This document shows positions 42,367 through 64,000 of a DNA stretch of 64,000 bases, one piece after another. The position numbers were made by a program, and so were the translations under genes. The notes under the pieces are model-generated. The model saw nothing but the letters and a program-made list of their open reading frames with translations. It was not told where the DNA came from and searched no databases. Source of the stretch: Amoebidium appalachense (lineage: Eukaryota; Protista; Ichthyosporea); assembly GCA_963693365.1 (NCBI GenBank), contig CAVNZM010000009.1:3979146-4043145 (forward strand), written 5' to 3'. Position 1 is the stretch's first letter, and the number at the start of each line of letters is the position of its first letter.

Positions 42367-43715
42367 TTGGATAATGCAGTTTATAGCATGATTTAATTGG
42401 GGTGACCGTGAATTGTGATTGGTTAATATTTAGCTGGTTACGTGATTATGGGGCTTGACTGGGTGTGCACAATTATGGTGATGGTGGATTGCGATTGGAT
42501 GGTTCGGATACCACAGCCGTTGGTTGGATGATGGTTGGGGAGTTGGACTCTATGATGTGATTGGATAATGGTATGGGTTCACCACATACATTCAACATGT
42601 GTATGGGGTATATACATATTCACTTTGATTAATTATTATATGAAATGATCTCCTTTCTGCAAATCATTTCCATTAAGGGAATCCTGGAGAAATGACGACC
42701 TACTTTATTGGTTTTTAGGTGGCGAATACACGTGGGTACGCCTGCAGAATGACAGGTGTGCCATGTAGCCAATCAGTGTGGGTCTGTTTAAGCAGGCCTA
42801 GGCAGCTGCAGTATATGCACCATGCGAGGTAAAACTTTGGCAAACAGATTCAATGTAAGCTAATAAAAATACAGTTGGATGGTCTGGGCTATGACATTGT
42901 CAGTTTTGGGTCGTAAGTGGAGGTCTGACATTCAAAAGATGATCGAGAGAGTCCCCAGTCGACTTGAGACTCGTTTGACTGAAGTGGATTGCAGACCCCC
43001 ACCCACCCCACCCCACCCACCACCACCATCCGGCCACACACACAGACACACACACACACACACACACACAACCGAAGAAAAAAGAAAGACTGGGAAAGAA
43101 AATGCTATGCCCACGAACAAAGTCACCGCCACGTGGCAACTCGGGGATTAAGAAGAGAATGCTCAGTGACTCTGAGACTGTTGGATGGAACCGATGGGTC
43201 GCCGGTGGAACCGCCCCCGGGACCCAGTACTGTATTCCTGCTTGTTTCCCTACGAGTTCCATCCGACTGTGCGACTAGAGCCCGATTGAAATTTCTGGTC
43301 TCGTACCCCCCCCCCCCCCCACCCTCTCCTAGTCTTGAAACCCCCCCCCCCCCCCCCCCCCCCCCCCGCGGACGCCCCATACCTTTTCAACAACACACAT
43401 ATAAGCCCACTTCCCCTCGCCCACCCACACGTCACTGCTAGCAGGACTTCATGGCATCCTGCATTTGCGGGACTAGAGCTCCGTCCCCAACATACACGTC
43501 CCCAACATACACAGTAGTACTACTATGACAATTGAGAGCCTTCCCAGCGCTCCCCCCCCCCCCCCCCCACCTACGTACACCGTGGCACTCACCCATGGCC
43601 GCCCACGTGCACATACCCACGACTCCTCGGCCATCTCCCATCCCTGCCGATAACGTTATTCATATCAATGTAGTTACACTCTCTCCAAACGTAACCCCCC
43701 CTCCCCCTCCCCCCC

Positions 43716-43773
<58 letters not shown>

Positions 43774-44094
43774 AAAAAACTTTCAAAGTCACCCCCTGCC
43801 CCGAAAATCCCAGCTACTCGAGATCATGACACCGTCTTCAGCATACTATGACGTACTCCCGCCACTCCTCCCCACCGCCTCCCCCCCCCCCCCCCCCCCC
43901 CCCCCCCACCCACACACACACACACACTATTCTCCCCCCCCGACACTAAACGCCACAACCCGTGTGACACCATCACATACCTCTCACAACATGGTTTGCG
44001 CAGCTACTGCCATTAGCACACACAACCACCATCCCTGCACTTGGTACCATCGGACTGAGGGCACCACTTCCTCCCTCCCCCTCCCTCCCGGCCT

Positions 44095-44136
<42 letters not shown>

Positions 44137-44344
44137 CACACACACACACACACCTCCATTTCCTCCTGGGACCGGCCCCACCTCCTCTCGAAACTCCACC
44201 TCCCCTCCCCCCTCCCCACCTGACTAACTCTTCACACTAAAGTTCAAAAAACCATATATCTCCACATATGATGTCTATTTTGATACGTTATATCTCCTCT
44301 TGAAATTTGTATTTGAAGTTTAACACCGATTTTTTACAAGTATA

Positions 44345-44406
44345 TGGGTGGAAGTACTGCTGGCCTTGGTGCCGACAACTCATTACAGCTCACCTACATG
44401 TCGTTA
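44345..44406. repeat. Dispersed ~62 bp repeat, copy 2
   Basis: Near-identical to 19726-19787, same orientation. Confidence 0.85.
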
Positions 44407-45317
44407 GTAAACACCACATCCCCCCCCCCCCAAAGTTCAAACGACACGCGTATGTGCACATGGAAACATATGCCTTTTAAATTTAAAAGTGCACCCTGCA
44501 ATCGCACGGCCGGCTGAGCAACCCCGGCCCAAAATGTACATGTACATCAGTACACATAGTACACGTCTGCCTGAAAACCCGCCAACAAGAACACAAGTAC
44601 ACTGGAGAGCAAGTAATTTTTGTTTTTTTGCATATGCACGGTGACTGCGGCCAGATAGATCAAAATTACATTTTTAGATGTCAAAAGCCCCCCCCCCCCC
44701 CCCCCCCCCCCCCGTGCCCGCCTGCCCGCCCGCCCACGACTTCTCCGCGGACCACACTTGACCTTCCCCCCCCCCCCCCCCCCCCCTCCCCCCCCCCCGG
44801 AACGGGCAAACATCCCCCCCTCTAGATCTGCCCCTTCCCCGGGCCCTCGGCTCCCCGCCCCCTGGCCTCTCGAGGAGCTCCCCTTCCCCCCCGGGGAGCC
44901 CGATGGTAGTAAAAACATGCATCTGCTGTTTTAAAAGTTAAGAACATGCACCGCACCCACATTTTTAAGGGGGGTTTTGGCGGACGGCATCCATGTTGCT
45001 AGCTTACCCGAAGGCAGTCCTAATTTGGCGAGGCTTATCGACCCCCCTCCCCCTCCCCCCTTCTCTCCCCCTCCCCCTTCCCCCCTCGTCCCCCCCGCCC
45101 CCTCCCCTCTCCCCCCCCCCCCACGTACAGCTCCCCATCCTGCCTTTAATAGGATACACCTTACAACCTCCCCCTTCCCTACCCCCACCCCCACCCACCC
45201 AATCCATCATGATAAAATCAGTGGTTCACGTTGCCAATTTACAACATTAATTAACATACATTGCTCCTTCCCACTCCCTCTTCCGCCCCCTCCGCTTCCC
45301 AACCCTTTTCCCCCCCT

Positions 45318-45352
<35 letters not shown>

Positions 45353-47949
45353 ATAACGTTGTCCCTGCCACACAAGGCCATCGGGGTGCACTCTGTGGCC
45401 AGATAAACTCCAGCAGTAGTGCACTCGGTGGAAATGCCAGCTCATTATTAATGTGGCCATCATGGGAAGAATGGAGCAGAATGGAGCATTTGGTTGATCT
45501 AGTAGGATAACATAGTAAAGGACTGTGCGCATGTGAGGCCATATTGGGTGTTTGAACGTTCACGACTGGCCGGTTGGTTGGATGTGCACGTCGCGGGCAC
45601 ACGGTATATAGGGTGGCGGTGTGTGTGGTTGTATGTGTGCGTGTGTGTTTATTACAGTTTTGGAGGCGGCAGGGGGGGGAGGGGGAGGGGGGAGGGGGGA
45701 GGGGGGCAGGGGCAGAACCAGGGGGCTCGGGTGAGCTCGACTAGGCGGGGATAGAGTGAGGACGGGGAAAATGTATACACTCTTGTGGCCCCACGTGCAC
45801 ATCTTGACTTTGCATGCCCCCATGTGCACCCTGGTTTCAGAGGGTTTTATGGGTTCGTGGGCCGGGATGCACATGGTCATCGGGGCCTGAGTATGGATGA
45901 ATTTTTCGTCCATTTAGGCGTGTATGTGAGCTCTAAACATCTGCATATGGGTGGCTGCTATGAACATAAAGTTGCGTGGAACAGAGAGCACCTGTCACTT
46001 ACATGGCGGCGATCATGCGCGGTCACGTCCGAGTGCAGGCCGTATCCAAAGTCCAATTATTTACAACAAGCCATGACGGGCACATGCGCATTTATGGTCA
46101 GAATAAAAACACGACAAGGTTTGAACACGAATTCTATTTGGGCTACGGGTACGTGAAGGAAAAATCCCACTGTTCGTTTACGATCGTCGAACCAGGTTGC
46201 CATGGCATTTACGGAAAAAAGAATTGACCAATGTGCCGCAAAGCGAATGCAGCATTGCAGCGGAAAAACACAATTCAACCGGGTGTCAGTGGCCAGCTCC
46301 CAGCTCCGTATAAAATGAACATAAAGATGGGTGTGGATTTAGGACGTGATGAAATACAGATAGCAAAGAACCGACTGCTTGTTGTGAAAAGACCGTTAAA
46401 ACAAAACCACGCGAATGCCTATGAGATCTCCGTGGTGGTTGGATTAAACGAAGTGGTCACTTCGAGTTCGGTCAACCCCTGTTCAGCCTGAGGTGAAAAA
46501 TGAAAATGAGCACACTCCACTGGGTTCTGATGCCTATAGGATTCTTTATTCGTGTGTGTGGCATCTATCCAGAAGGGCATTTCCTTCGGCCTAACATGAC
46601 ACCTAACCCGAATACAGTCGGCGTCTGGTGTATTAAGCATTAGCACAACCCCCGTTCACAATTGCGCAATGCGTATCCGGTGCATTGGTGTGTCTATGAA
46701 CACAATGTCGATGAGGGGACCGCCCACCGGAAAACGCGAGTCTCTCTTGACCACCTACTTAATGAGGAATAATTGACACTAATGTTAGCAGCTGACACAG
46801 AGACGTCTCCATGTTTTCAGCTCCTTCTTTCTCCGCACACACAGCCTGCATTTCTCCATGACGGAGTACGCGTTCGAATTCGCAGTCTACCCGGCGCACG
46901 GACCAAAATCAGTTACGGAACTTCTGCCCCCCTCTGCCTCTTTTAGTTCTACGTACTTGGTTCGCTGTAGATCACACCAGACACTCTCCGTATGGTCCGC
47001 CCGTAAGCGCTTGGCAAGCTCCCTTCATAAACTCATGAGCTCGCTTTGCTCTTCATAAACAAAAGGGAAAAATATTTCCGCTTTAAAAGAGCTTATAAAA
47101 TACCAATAATTCATTATAATATCTATACCAAACATCATAAAGACGAATTTGGGTTTTTTGATAACAGGAATAGACATCCAGCCTTGCCCGGGCAGGCAAA
47201 AGCGGTGATATCAGCAGTAATTGAGATGTGGGTAAGGTTGGCTTCAATTGGCTAGGTCATTGTTTCTTCAATGAACCTTCATGCACTCTAAAAGTCAATG
47301 GAGAATCTTGACCTCAGGTTCCATCATATGGGTTATAGCATATTTTAAATAATTCAAAAAATAGAAGTAGAGCTAGGGATTGATCTAATTATTTCTATGT
47401 GATGGGATTAAGAAGAAATACATTATTCGCCTACATAATACAAGACGATTTGCCCCTCTCCAACTTTGTCCACATGTTCCCATGTGAGACTTTCACGATA
47501 CATTGTGATTGGTGATGATAAGACCATGTTAAATTTATATCTGAGCTTTCATTGGTGCAGGACAGCTGTGGCATTTCACAGCAACCTCATATAGCAGCCG
47601 GTCTCAGGTGATGAAATTTCCATACACGTGCACCTATATGCTTGATGAATGAATAAGAAACGTGTTTTTTTGCCGTTGTTTCCTAGCTCTGCAGAGGTGC
47701 AAAAGAATAGGTATCATTCTGTTTTACCACACGGTTGCAAAGGCCACACCATAGTTTAGGTATAGGCAAACACCAATCGTACATTTTCTTCTACCCTCCC
47801 AACTGCCGTTCATGTCGAAAAGTTAGGATCTTGGGTTTTAGTGCGCCCCGGCGCTCTGGGTGCATAGTTTTATTGCTAGGCTTGTTATCCTGTTTCACTG
47901 GGGTTTTTGGGTTGGGGAACATACAAAGGTAGACGTAAACACAAACGTG

Positions 47950-50900
47950 ATGACTCAAAAGCACACTGCTGGGACCCACCAGTTGGAAGAGGCGCAGGTT
48001 GAACGGCTTCACCAGATTCTGTCGGATACATACCTGGTCGATGGCGGAATCAGCCTTCCCACTCTCCACGTGAGGTATGCTCCGTTCCTGTTTCTTGCTT
48101 CAATCCATGCATCTCTCACTTCAGTTTTCCTACCTTTTACATGTGCATTTGGCCCTGAAAGTGGTCTGATCACCATACATGTGGGTGGTCTGTCCGGGCG
48201 AGAAAGTTTGCGTTTGTGGGATACGTGTTTCTTGAGACGGACTTGATGGAGTTGTAAGCTAAACTGTGTGTGCTTCTGTGCCATCTTAATTTTTGTCACT
48301 TGTGGTTGGCTAAGGAAACCTGCACATTCTAGGAACTCTTGTTGTCGAGTCCCACATTCCATCGTGCAGCTTCGACCTCGTGACCTAGTGTTTTTGTGTA
48401 CACGTGTGTATACGGACGTGTGTGAACGTACGTTGTGCAACACCTGCATTTTTTTTCCGGAAACGTGTGACATGGACTTTATGAAAGGCACGGTTTGCCG
48501 TTTTTATTGCGGCAGCAAGGTGTTAAACAGCTAGATCGTCCTCAGCTTCGGGCTTGGCTAGGTTGGTTGGTGTGAAGTGTGTAATTTTCGTTTCTTTCCC
48601 ACGCCCCTTTCTGGATCGTAGCTCTGGCGGGGGTGCTTCATGTCTCTCTCTGGATCTTGATTCTAGCCAGACCTCGATGTGTGCACAGAGTTTTCCTTTT
48701 CGCACATGCATTTTGTTCCTGTTGAGTCCATGGTTGTGCTGTGTACACTTTTCAGTTGAGGCTGCTTTGGTTGCTGTCCCTGTGTTGGCCTTAGTTGGTG
48801 TGTTTGCCACGGACTTTTCGAAAGATATCGATGTTGCTTGCATTTCCCCTGTTTTTTGAGTGGCTGTAAGCGGTGCACTGACCTGCACACGTGCCTCTCC
48901 TTGCATATTTTGTTCAGTCTATCCCTGTGCACTTTTTTTACCCACATTTATTTTTTAACATAAAATAATTTTTCCTGGCGGACGTGATCTGTGGAGGTTT
49001 TGTGTGCGTGCTTGTGACCTGATGTTCAGTTAAGTTGTCAGAAGCAGAGTGCTGACAAAGATCACGGCTTAACTTCCCATATAGTACACACACTGTTTGC
49101 ACCGAGTGTTCCTTGCAAGAACACTTATGAGTAAAACCAGTATGCTTGTCCGACAAATTAAACGGTGTGGAGTCAAGCTTAGGTTTGGGGAGGCAGCACG
49201 CTTCTTTTGAGGGGTGGGGTGTATGGATGTGTGCGTGTGTGTGTGTGTGAGGGATGAGGGTGTTGTTTTGGAGTTCTAGCTACAAACACTCACCACCACT
49301 CGATAAATGGCACAAAAATTTAAGTGTTCACCAAAGCTCGTTTCCCGCACAGGCCAAAGGATCTTTGTCGCGAAATCTCAGACCGCCTCCGTGTTACGGA
49401 TATCCGGTTGAAGGATGTGCGACTCAATGGCAGTGCAGCCAGCTCGGTTCTTGCCGACCCGGCAAGCAATCGAGAGTACTTCAGCGACATTGACATCCTC
49501 TTCACGGTCGGGTTTGAGGTGTCCAAATCGGCACAGCATTTCGACACGTTGCTCTCAGTTGTCATGGAGACTCTCAAGGCCCACTTTCCTGCCGACCTTA
49601 AGCAACATGCCAAGAACATTCCCAATGCGGTCATGGCATCCATGTACGTGTCCAAGCTCGTCAAAGTGCCCAACTACCACACGCACTCAACGAATGATGA
49701 CGTGTGGTCGCTCATTTCCCTCAGGAATGATTGCGGAAGGAACATCGAGCTCAAATTCGTGCGGCAGATGCGGCGACAATGCGAGTTTTCGATGGACTCC
49801 TTTCAGATCATCCTCAACGAGACCGTTTTGCAGGCGCAGCAGCCCGCTGAGCCATGTAAGGTAGCGGCGATGTCGGTGTACGGCAACTACGACGAAGCGC
49901 TTCGGCACCTGCAGCAGGGCATCATATTTATTGAGAAGCCCGAAGAGGTGCGCGGTGGCGGTCTGTTGAAGTATTGCCGTCTGCTTACGCGCGGCTACGA
50001 CCTGCCGCAGTCGATGAGCGACGACGAAGTGAACAAGCTCGAGTCGCTCATGTGTACGCGGTTTTTCATTGATTTTCCGAACGTCGAGTTGCAGTACAAC
50101 ACGCTGGTGTCGTGCCTGCGCACACATCACTTCACGGACAAGGACTCTGTTATCCGGTTTCTAGACCATCTGTATGTCGCCATCAGTAACTATACGCGCG
50201 CGGACCCGCACAAGCGGGCATCATCGTTGGACATGGTTCGGTTTGTACAGTTCAGCATTGAGCAGGCACCGGAGCTCACACCGCCTAACAAGGAACGGGC
50301 AAAGACCACACGGCACATTCCCCTCATGGCACGTCAGGGTTCGAACCACGGCCACCTACCGCCATGCATCACGATCGTCGATCCGTCGGGCGCATTTGCG
50401 CAGGAGGAGCCCGCACTCACCGAGGGTGAATCCTCCGCATCGTCCTCTGCGGGTGAAGATGGGGACGATTCCGCATACCCGTCCCCGCCAGCCACGCCGG
50501 AAATGAAGCCCACGTCACACAGCCGCGAGCTTCCGGCCGCGCCTCCACCGCCACCGCCACAGGAAACACAGTCGTGCGATGAGCAGGAGGAGAACGTACC
50601 CACCCTTAACGTCCTTCCCACCCCTCCTTCGTCTGTTCCGGCGTCCGATTGCGGCAGCAGCGTCGGCGACGATTTGAGCAGCAACGAGGACGAAGACGAG
50701 CTCGAGTGCGACGAGAAGAGTGACCTGCAGACAGGCGGTGCGGCTTCGGACGAAATCGGGAGACCCGGCCCGACGGCGGCGACTTTGGAGGAGAAGGAGG
50801 TTGTGTTTTCTCGGTGCCGCACGGTGATTGCGCGGGGGGACGACCCCGAAGGTCTCCTCCGCGATTTGGATCTGTCGGTTGTGGATGTTGATGATTTTGG

Positions 50901-51504
50901 GTTCTTTGGTAACGTGGCGACGTCTGGCCAGACACTTTTGATGGTCGCGGCGAAACACGGGCGGTTGGCGTGCGTGACGATGCTCCTGGACAAGTTTAAT
51001 GCAAACGTAAACCAGTCGGGCGGGCTGGGCAAGTATACGGCCCTGCACTATGCGGCGTACCACGGGCACAACGAGGTTGTCCATGCCTTGGTGCAGCGCG
51101 GCGCGGACGTGCACCTGACGACGTGCGATGGCGAGACAGCGGAGATGGCTGCAAAGTGCAAAAACCACACGTGGGTTGTGTCGTACCTCGAAGCGTGGCG
51201 CATGGGAAAGACGCTGCCGGCGCTTCCTCCAAGCAAGGAAGGGAAGAGCAACGGCCGGGGCGGTAATCGTTCAGCGAAAGGAAAGGACGGTGGCCGGACA
51301 CACGGGACGGGTGGAGAGAAGGGTGCGCACAAGCAGCAGCCCCGCACAAAGGGCCAGCCCACACATGCACGGGGGCGGGAGCCGAAGGAGAACCACCAGC
51401 AACAACAGCTTCACCGGGAGAGGGAGAATGTTAGAGCGGCTAGAGACCGGCAGGAACCCCGGTCAAAGGTTCGGTCGCCGGGCGACGCGTCCCGGCGGTC
51501 ATAA
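47950..51504 (+). CDS. TENT5: TENT5/FAM46-family non-canonical nucleotidyltransferase with C-terminal ankyrin repeats, 2 exons
   Basis: Exon 1 47950-48074 (QVERLHQILSDT...PTLHV) splices in phase to exon 2 49353-51504. FAM46 motifs RLNGSAASSVL, SDIDILF (DxD), WSLISL.N..GRNIELKFV..MRRQ.EFS.DSFQI, RGGGLLKY, MC.RFFIDF. Acidic/proline-rich linker, then ankyrin repeats at ~50926-51192 (GQTLLMVAA, YTALHYAAYHGH, GETAEMAA). Confidence 0.92.
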
Positions 51505-52316
51505 ACTTAACGAACGGCGATTAGTGGGCTATGTTAGGCGCCCATTCAACACCGATACTCCCCAAAAATATCTAAGGCTGGCTGTGGAAACCGGTACGGC
51601 TGTCAAAGGGCGTCGTTTTTCTGCTTACCGCGTTCTTGCCGTATGACGTTCGTTGTTTTTCTTTGTAATATGTTTCTGTTTTTTCTCTTCTATGTCAAAG
51701 GTTGAAGTAATTAGGAAGGTAGAAAGCACGAAAAATGAAAAAATGATGTTCAGTAACGATTGTAAAAAAAAAAAATATATGAAAAAAAGTAAATATAAAC
51801 CCAAAAAAAGGAAAGTATGCACAGCAATAAATTGCTAGGGTATGGTTGTCGTTTTCTCTCTTGCTTCGTTGAGCTTTTGTTCGTGTGGTTGATATGACTG
51901 CCGGACAGCATACATAGGTTGTGGTATATTGACAAATTTTTTTTCTTTTCTTCTTCTTCTAAAACCTTGATGGCACACCCCTTTGCAGTGTTTAGCAAAG
52001 ATAGATTTTGAAATATCTGTCAGGTGCAGAAGTGCCGAGGTGGCGTGTTCTTTCGAAAGCATAGAGAGAGCAAAAGCTCATATTGATAAATAAAACAGTG
52101 ATTTTGGAATGGTACACACGGTAATGTCGAGATTTCACATCATCAAACTCAGACCCGTAGGTAGGCAAGGACACAAAACTCACACACACGCCCACACACA
52201 AACTGGACGCCTATCAGGCGCACGTGCACACGTGCCACACACACACACCGTGACACACATGCCCACACACAGACTGGACGCCTATCAGGCTCAAGTGCGC
52301 ATGCGCCACACACACT

Positions 52317-52347
<31 letters not shown>

Positions 52348-52493
52348 GCGCACACGCACACCGGTACCGTGGCGCACATGCACACGCACATTATTAGACA
52401 ACCCAAATACACGCACACACACATTTGTGTGTGTATACGCACGCACGCGCACACGCTCACATACACACACAGTCACACACGCACACACGCACT

Positions 52494-52526
<33 letters not shown>

Positions 52527-52552
52527 CAACACACACACACACGCACACACAC

Positions 52553-52635
<83 letters not shown>

Positions 52636-55057
52636 GTGGCACACACCGTGGCTGCACCAGTACCTGGTACGGCAGCCACGATTGGGCGCGCCACATAACT
52701 TGAGTATGACCATATATGGCTCGTGGGAAACAAAAAAGGTAATATCGCATAATTATGTCCAATCATCTTTTTCTTCTTCCCTCTTGGTGAGCGTGAACCG
52801 GGCTCTTCTGACCCGGCTCGCAGAGGAGGATCAGGTCACTTGAATTCTGGACATTTTGTCTATTGTACGTGAAACTGTCAACGCAAGTTTTCTGCATTTT
52901 CAAATGTTTATTTCATGACCCATACCAGTTATTATTTCTAGTGCCTGTAAACGAGCTTATGCTACATGCAACCACTTAGTAATTTAGTGAGATATAGCCG
53001 GGCACAGCGCTTCGGAGCCGGGGCCGGCATCTGGAGTGACTCGAACCGACACTCTTTGACCCGAACCGCTGGCTTCACAGCAACACAGCGTTTCAAAAAA
53101 AAGCGCCGCACCACTGCAGTACTGGTGACTGGGCTGCGCAGTTTTGCCGCACCATGGCCACTGTCGAAGGAAGGCTATGCATGTAGCAGCTATAAGGCTA
53201 TATTATCGTTCATCCGTGCCAGAATTCGAGTGTGTTTGTAATATCATAAGCTGTTATTCGCAAGTGACCAGATGCTAGTTGAGTAGAGTGTAGTGTAGGC
53301 TTCTAGCTCATTAGGAAGGCCGGCTGGTCTGCCCGGTGCATTATTAGAAAGCAGGTTCCCTCCCTCCCTTTCGAATTCGTCGTTATAGTTGTATCAATAT
53401 ATGTAGCAACCCCAATGCAGGTAGCCCCTTTCTGTAGACATAGCTGCTAACATCGTTCCTTATTCAGTTCTGGTTGCGTTGTCGGATAAGCAGTTGCAGC
53501 TCCAACCGATCCTGCAATAACGAAGGTACCAAAACGTCATGTCGGTGTTCAGTGATGATGTATGCAGTCTTAGAAACGTAGAGAGGTGGAAGGGACGAGG
53601 AATGGGTGGGTGGGTGGGTGGATGATCTCTTTGGAAGAGGTGGGTGGGATTATGTGGGGGCGGAGGGTTGGTGAGAAGGGGAGAAAGGTGTGAATGCAAA
53701 GAAATATGAGTCATGGTGGTTGTGGTGTGCCCGGGGAAGGGGGGGGGGGGGGGGGGGGGGGGGAGAGGGGGGGAGGGGGGAGGGGAGGGGGGTGGCGGGG
53801 AGGGGGGAGGGGAGGCCTGGAGGTGGGGATTGAGAGGTGTAAGATGCATGTGGAATCTTGACCGAATCTTATTGAAAAGGGCACCTGGCAAATACGCTCT
53901 GGTTCGGGACGGTTTTCATTCTGCCAGATCTCTTTGGGCATGATGCACAGAAAAAAACGCAGTGGATTACATGGAACATGTTTTGCTATTCTGTGTGCCT
54001 CCGTGCAAACAAGAAGGACGTATATGGCAATCTAATATATACTTATTGTTGTTCCGTGTGCGGCAATGGATGATCAAGCTTTGGCTTATTGGCATTTCCA
54101 GCACGCTCTACCTATTCACTTTGCTTTTATTGTCTCCCGGAAGTAAGATTTGCTTTATGCCCTGCACTGGTGCTTTGTGCACAGACAACAGGCTTCCTTG
54201 TCCATGACCTTCTATCACAGCACACTATGGCAAGCTATTCCCACAGATGCATGGACATGTACTAACGGGGCAAGGGATTGTACATATGGTGGCGGTGGGG
54301 AATTTAAGAAGAACTGACGGGGAGAAGTAGTAGAGAGAGCATCTATTGTTTTTTGGGTTGGTTGAAAGGGGTTGGGTGGGTGGGTGGGGAAAGGCTGGGA
54401 AGAAGTGAGATGAGAGGGATGCTAAGCATGGTATGGGAAAAGGAGGAGGAGGAGGATGGGCAGGGTGGCAGGGTTGGAGCAGAGGATAGATTGTATAGTG
54501 TCGATGTATGGGCGGGAGATTGGGGGAGGGAGGGAGGTGGGAAGGGAGAGGGGTTGACTGTACGGCACAGGGAGGATTGAGGAGTGGATGGAGCAAATTG
54601 CTCGAACGGGAACCGTAAAGAGACCAATGTAATTCCCGTGTGAGTTCAGCACACTGTGCGATTTATTAATTCATTTTGATCAGAGTGATCACCTCACTCA
54701 TGCACTACCTATGCAGGTTGAATCGGAGCACGTGTTATCAGCGTGAATCTTGCGGGGCTATCGGGGTTGATTTAAGGCCAATGTTGGTAAGGGGCTTTAT
54801 TTTCAGCTCGAACGATAGAAACTGAGCATCTAAGTGGTTGTTTCATAAACACCACCCCCAGAGATTAAGGCATCTATTTTGTAGCACACAAGGAGAAGGC
54901 TACCAGAGATGTGTTTTGGACTCCGCTCTCTGGAAGAGTCTCTGTTTCAAGAATATTGTTTATGTATGTCTCCTCCTCCACATTTCCAACGCTCCAATGT
55001 ATACATAACAACCCCCTCCTCCCCCCCCCCCCCCCCCCCCCCCCCGCCTCCCTCCCC

Positions 55058-55091
<34 letters not shown>

Positions 55092-55265
55092 TACACACCC
55101 CCCACACACACACATAACTGCACACACACACACTGTGACACGCCCACGCCTACGCACAAAACACGAAATGAAGCTGCAATTCGAAACGAGTTGGTGTTTG
55201 CTTGTTGCCAATAATGTTAGGTTGCTAATAGAGTTGGAGTGGAACAGGAACCGGCTGCGGAGAGA

Positions 55266-63374
<8,109 letters not shown>

Positions 63375-63576
63375 GTGTGTCTGTGCGTGCGTGCGCGGGT
63401 ACACACGCGCGCACGCGTGTGTGTATGCGCGCCCGCGTGTACGTGTGTGTTTGCGCACATGAGTGTGTGTTCATGTTCATATGTGCTCGTGTATATGTGA
63501 CCGGGAGGATGGCTGGGTATGCGTGTGCGCAGCTTGTAAGCAGAAGCACATGTTTGTGCGTCTGCTGGGGTGGGAA

Positions 63577-63625
<49 letters not shown>

Positions 63626-64000
63626 GCATGGGATTGTGTGTTGTGTGGGTGCGGGGCGCGTGTGTGGGTATGAATGTGTGTGTTTAATGCCGTGCTTGCC
63701 TGCCAAGATCGTGTGCACGGATGTGTGTGTAGGTATGTGTGTGCTTCTCTGTCTGCCTGTCGCATTGGTTGTGTTTGGGCCCGGAACCTGGGTCATCATA
63801 AAGGATAAAAGGGATAGGCGGAGGTCAGCCATGTGTTGTGAACTGCACAGTTCTGAGAGCGCAGAAGCAGTGTGTGTGCGTAGTATGGCATGTTCAGTTT
63901 AGCCCTGTTTTGCAGGGCCTCTTCATGCAAATCTAACCATAGGTGAAAAGAACCCCCCCCCCCCTCCCCCCCCTCCCCTCCCCTCACCCACCACCACCAC

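Noticed and set aside
47950-51504. Idea that this nucleotidyltransferase makes the element's C-tails
   Set aside because: Only proximity supports it; characterised TENT5 enzymes add A, and linkage implies little in a eukaryote.
49415-51646. Alternative-frame and antisense ORFs over TENT5
   Set aside because: Shadow ORFs of a GC-rich coding exon.

Overview
Eukaryotic genomic DNA with intron-rich genes. Gene content (TENT5/FAM46, USP4/11/15-type, WDR89) is compatible with a unicellular opisthokont; that is an inference, not an identification. Introns are saturated with (CA)n/(TG)n, (CT)n and poly-C/poly-G runs, so most entries in the ORF track are artefacts. Reading GT-AG junctions by hand gives six genes: an FAD-dependent oxidoreductase (-), an mtTFB/KsgA-family protein (+), WDR89 (-), an S28 Pro-X carboxypeptidase (+), a TENT5/FAM46 nucleotidyltransferase fused to ankyrin repeats (+), and the 5' part of a DUSP-UBL-USP deubiquitinase (+). 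The first 9 kb holds a possible unknown spliced gene, a tyrosine-recombinase-like fragment, direct repeats and a MITE. The most unusual signal is a dispersed element with about 12 copies in two subfamilies. Every copy lies in an intron in the host-gene sense orientation, is variably 5'-truncated, and where its 3' end is intact ends in GCATTCAAA followed by a C-run. It carries an RNA fold supported by compensatory changes, including a pseudoknot. Also notable are acceptors preceded by (CA)n instead of polypyrimidine tracts, and an intronic array of about 19 TTAACTCACAAGTAAA units spaced by variable (CA)n. No database search or folding software was run.
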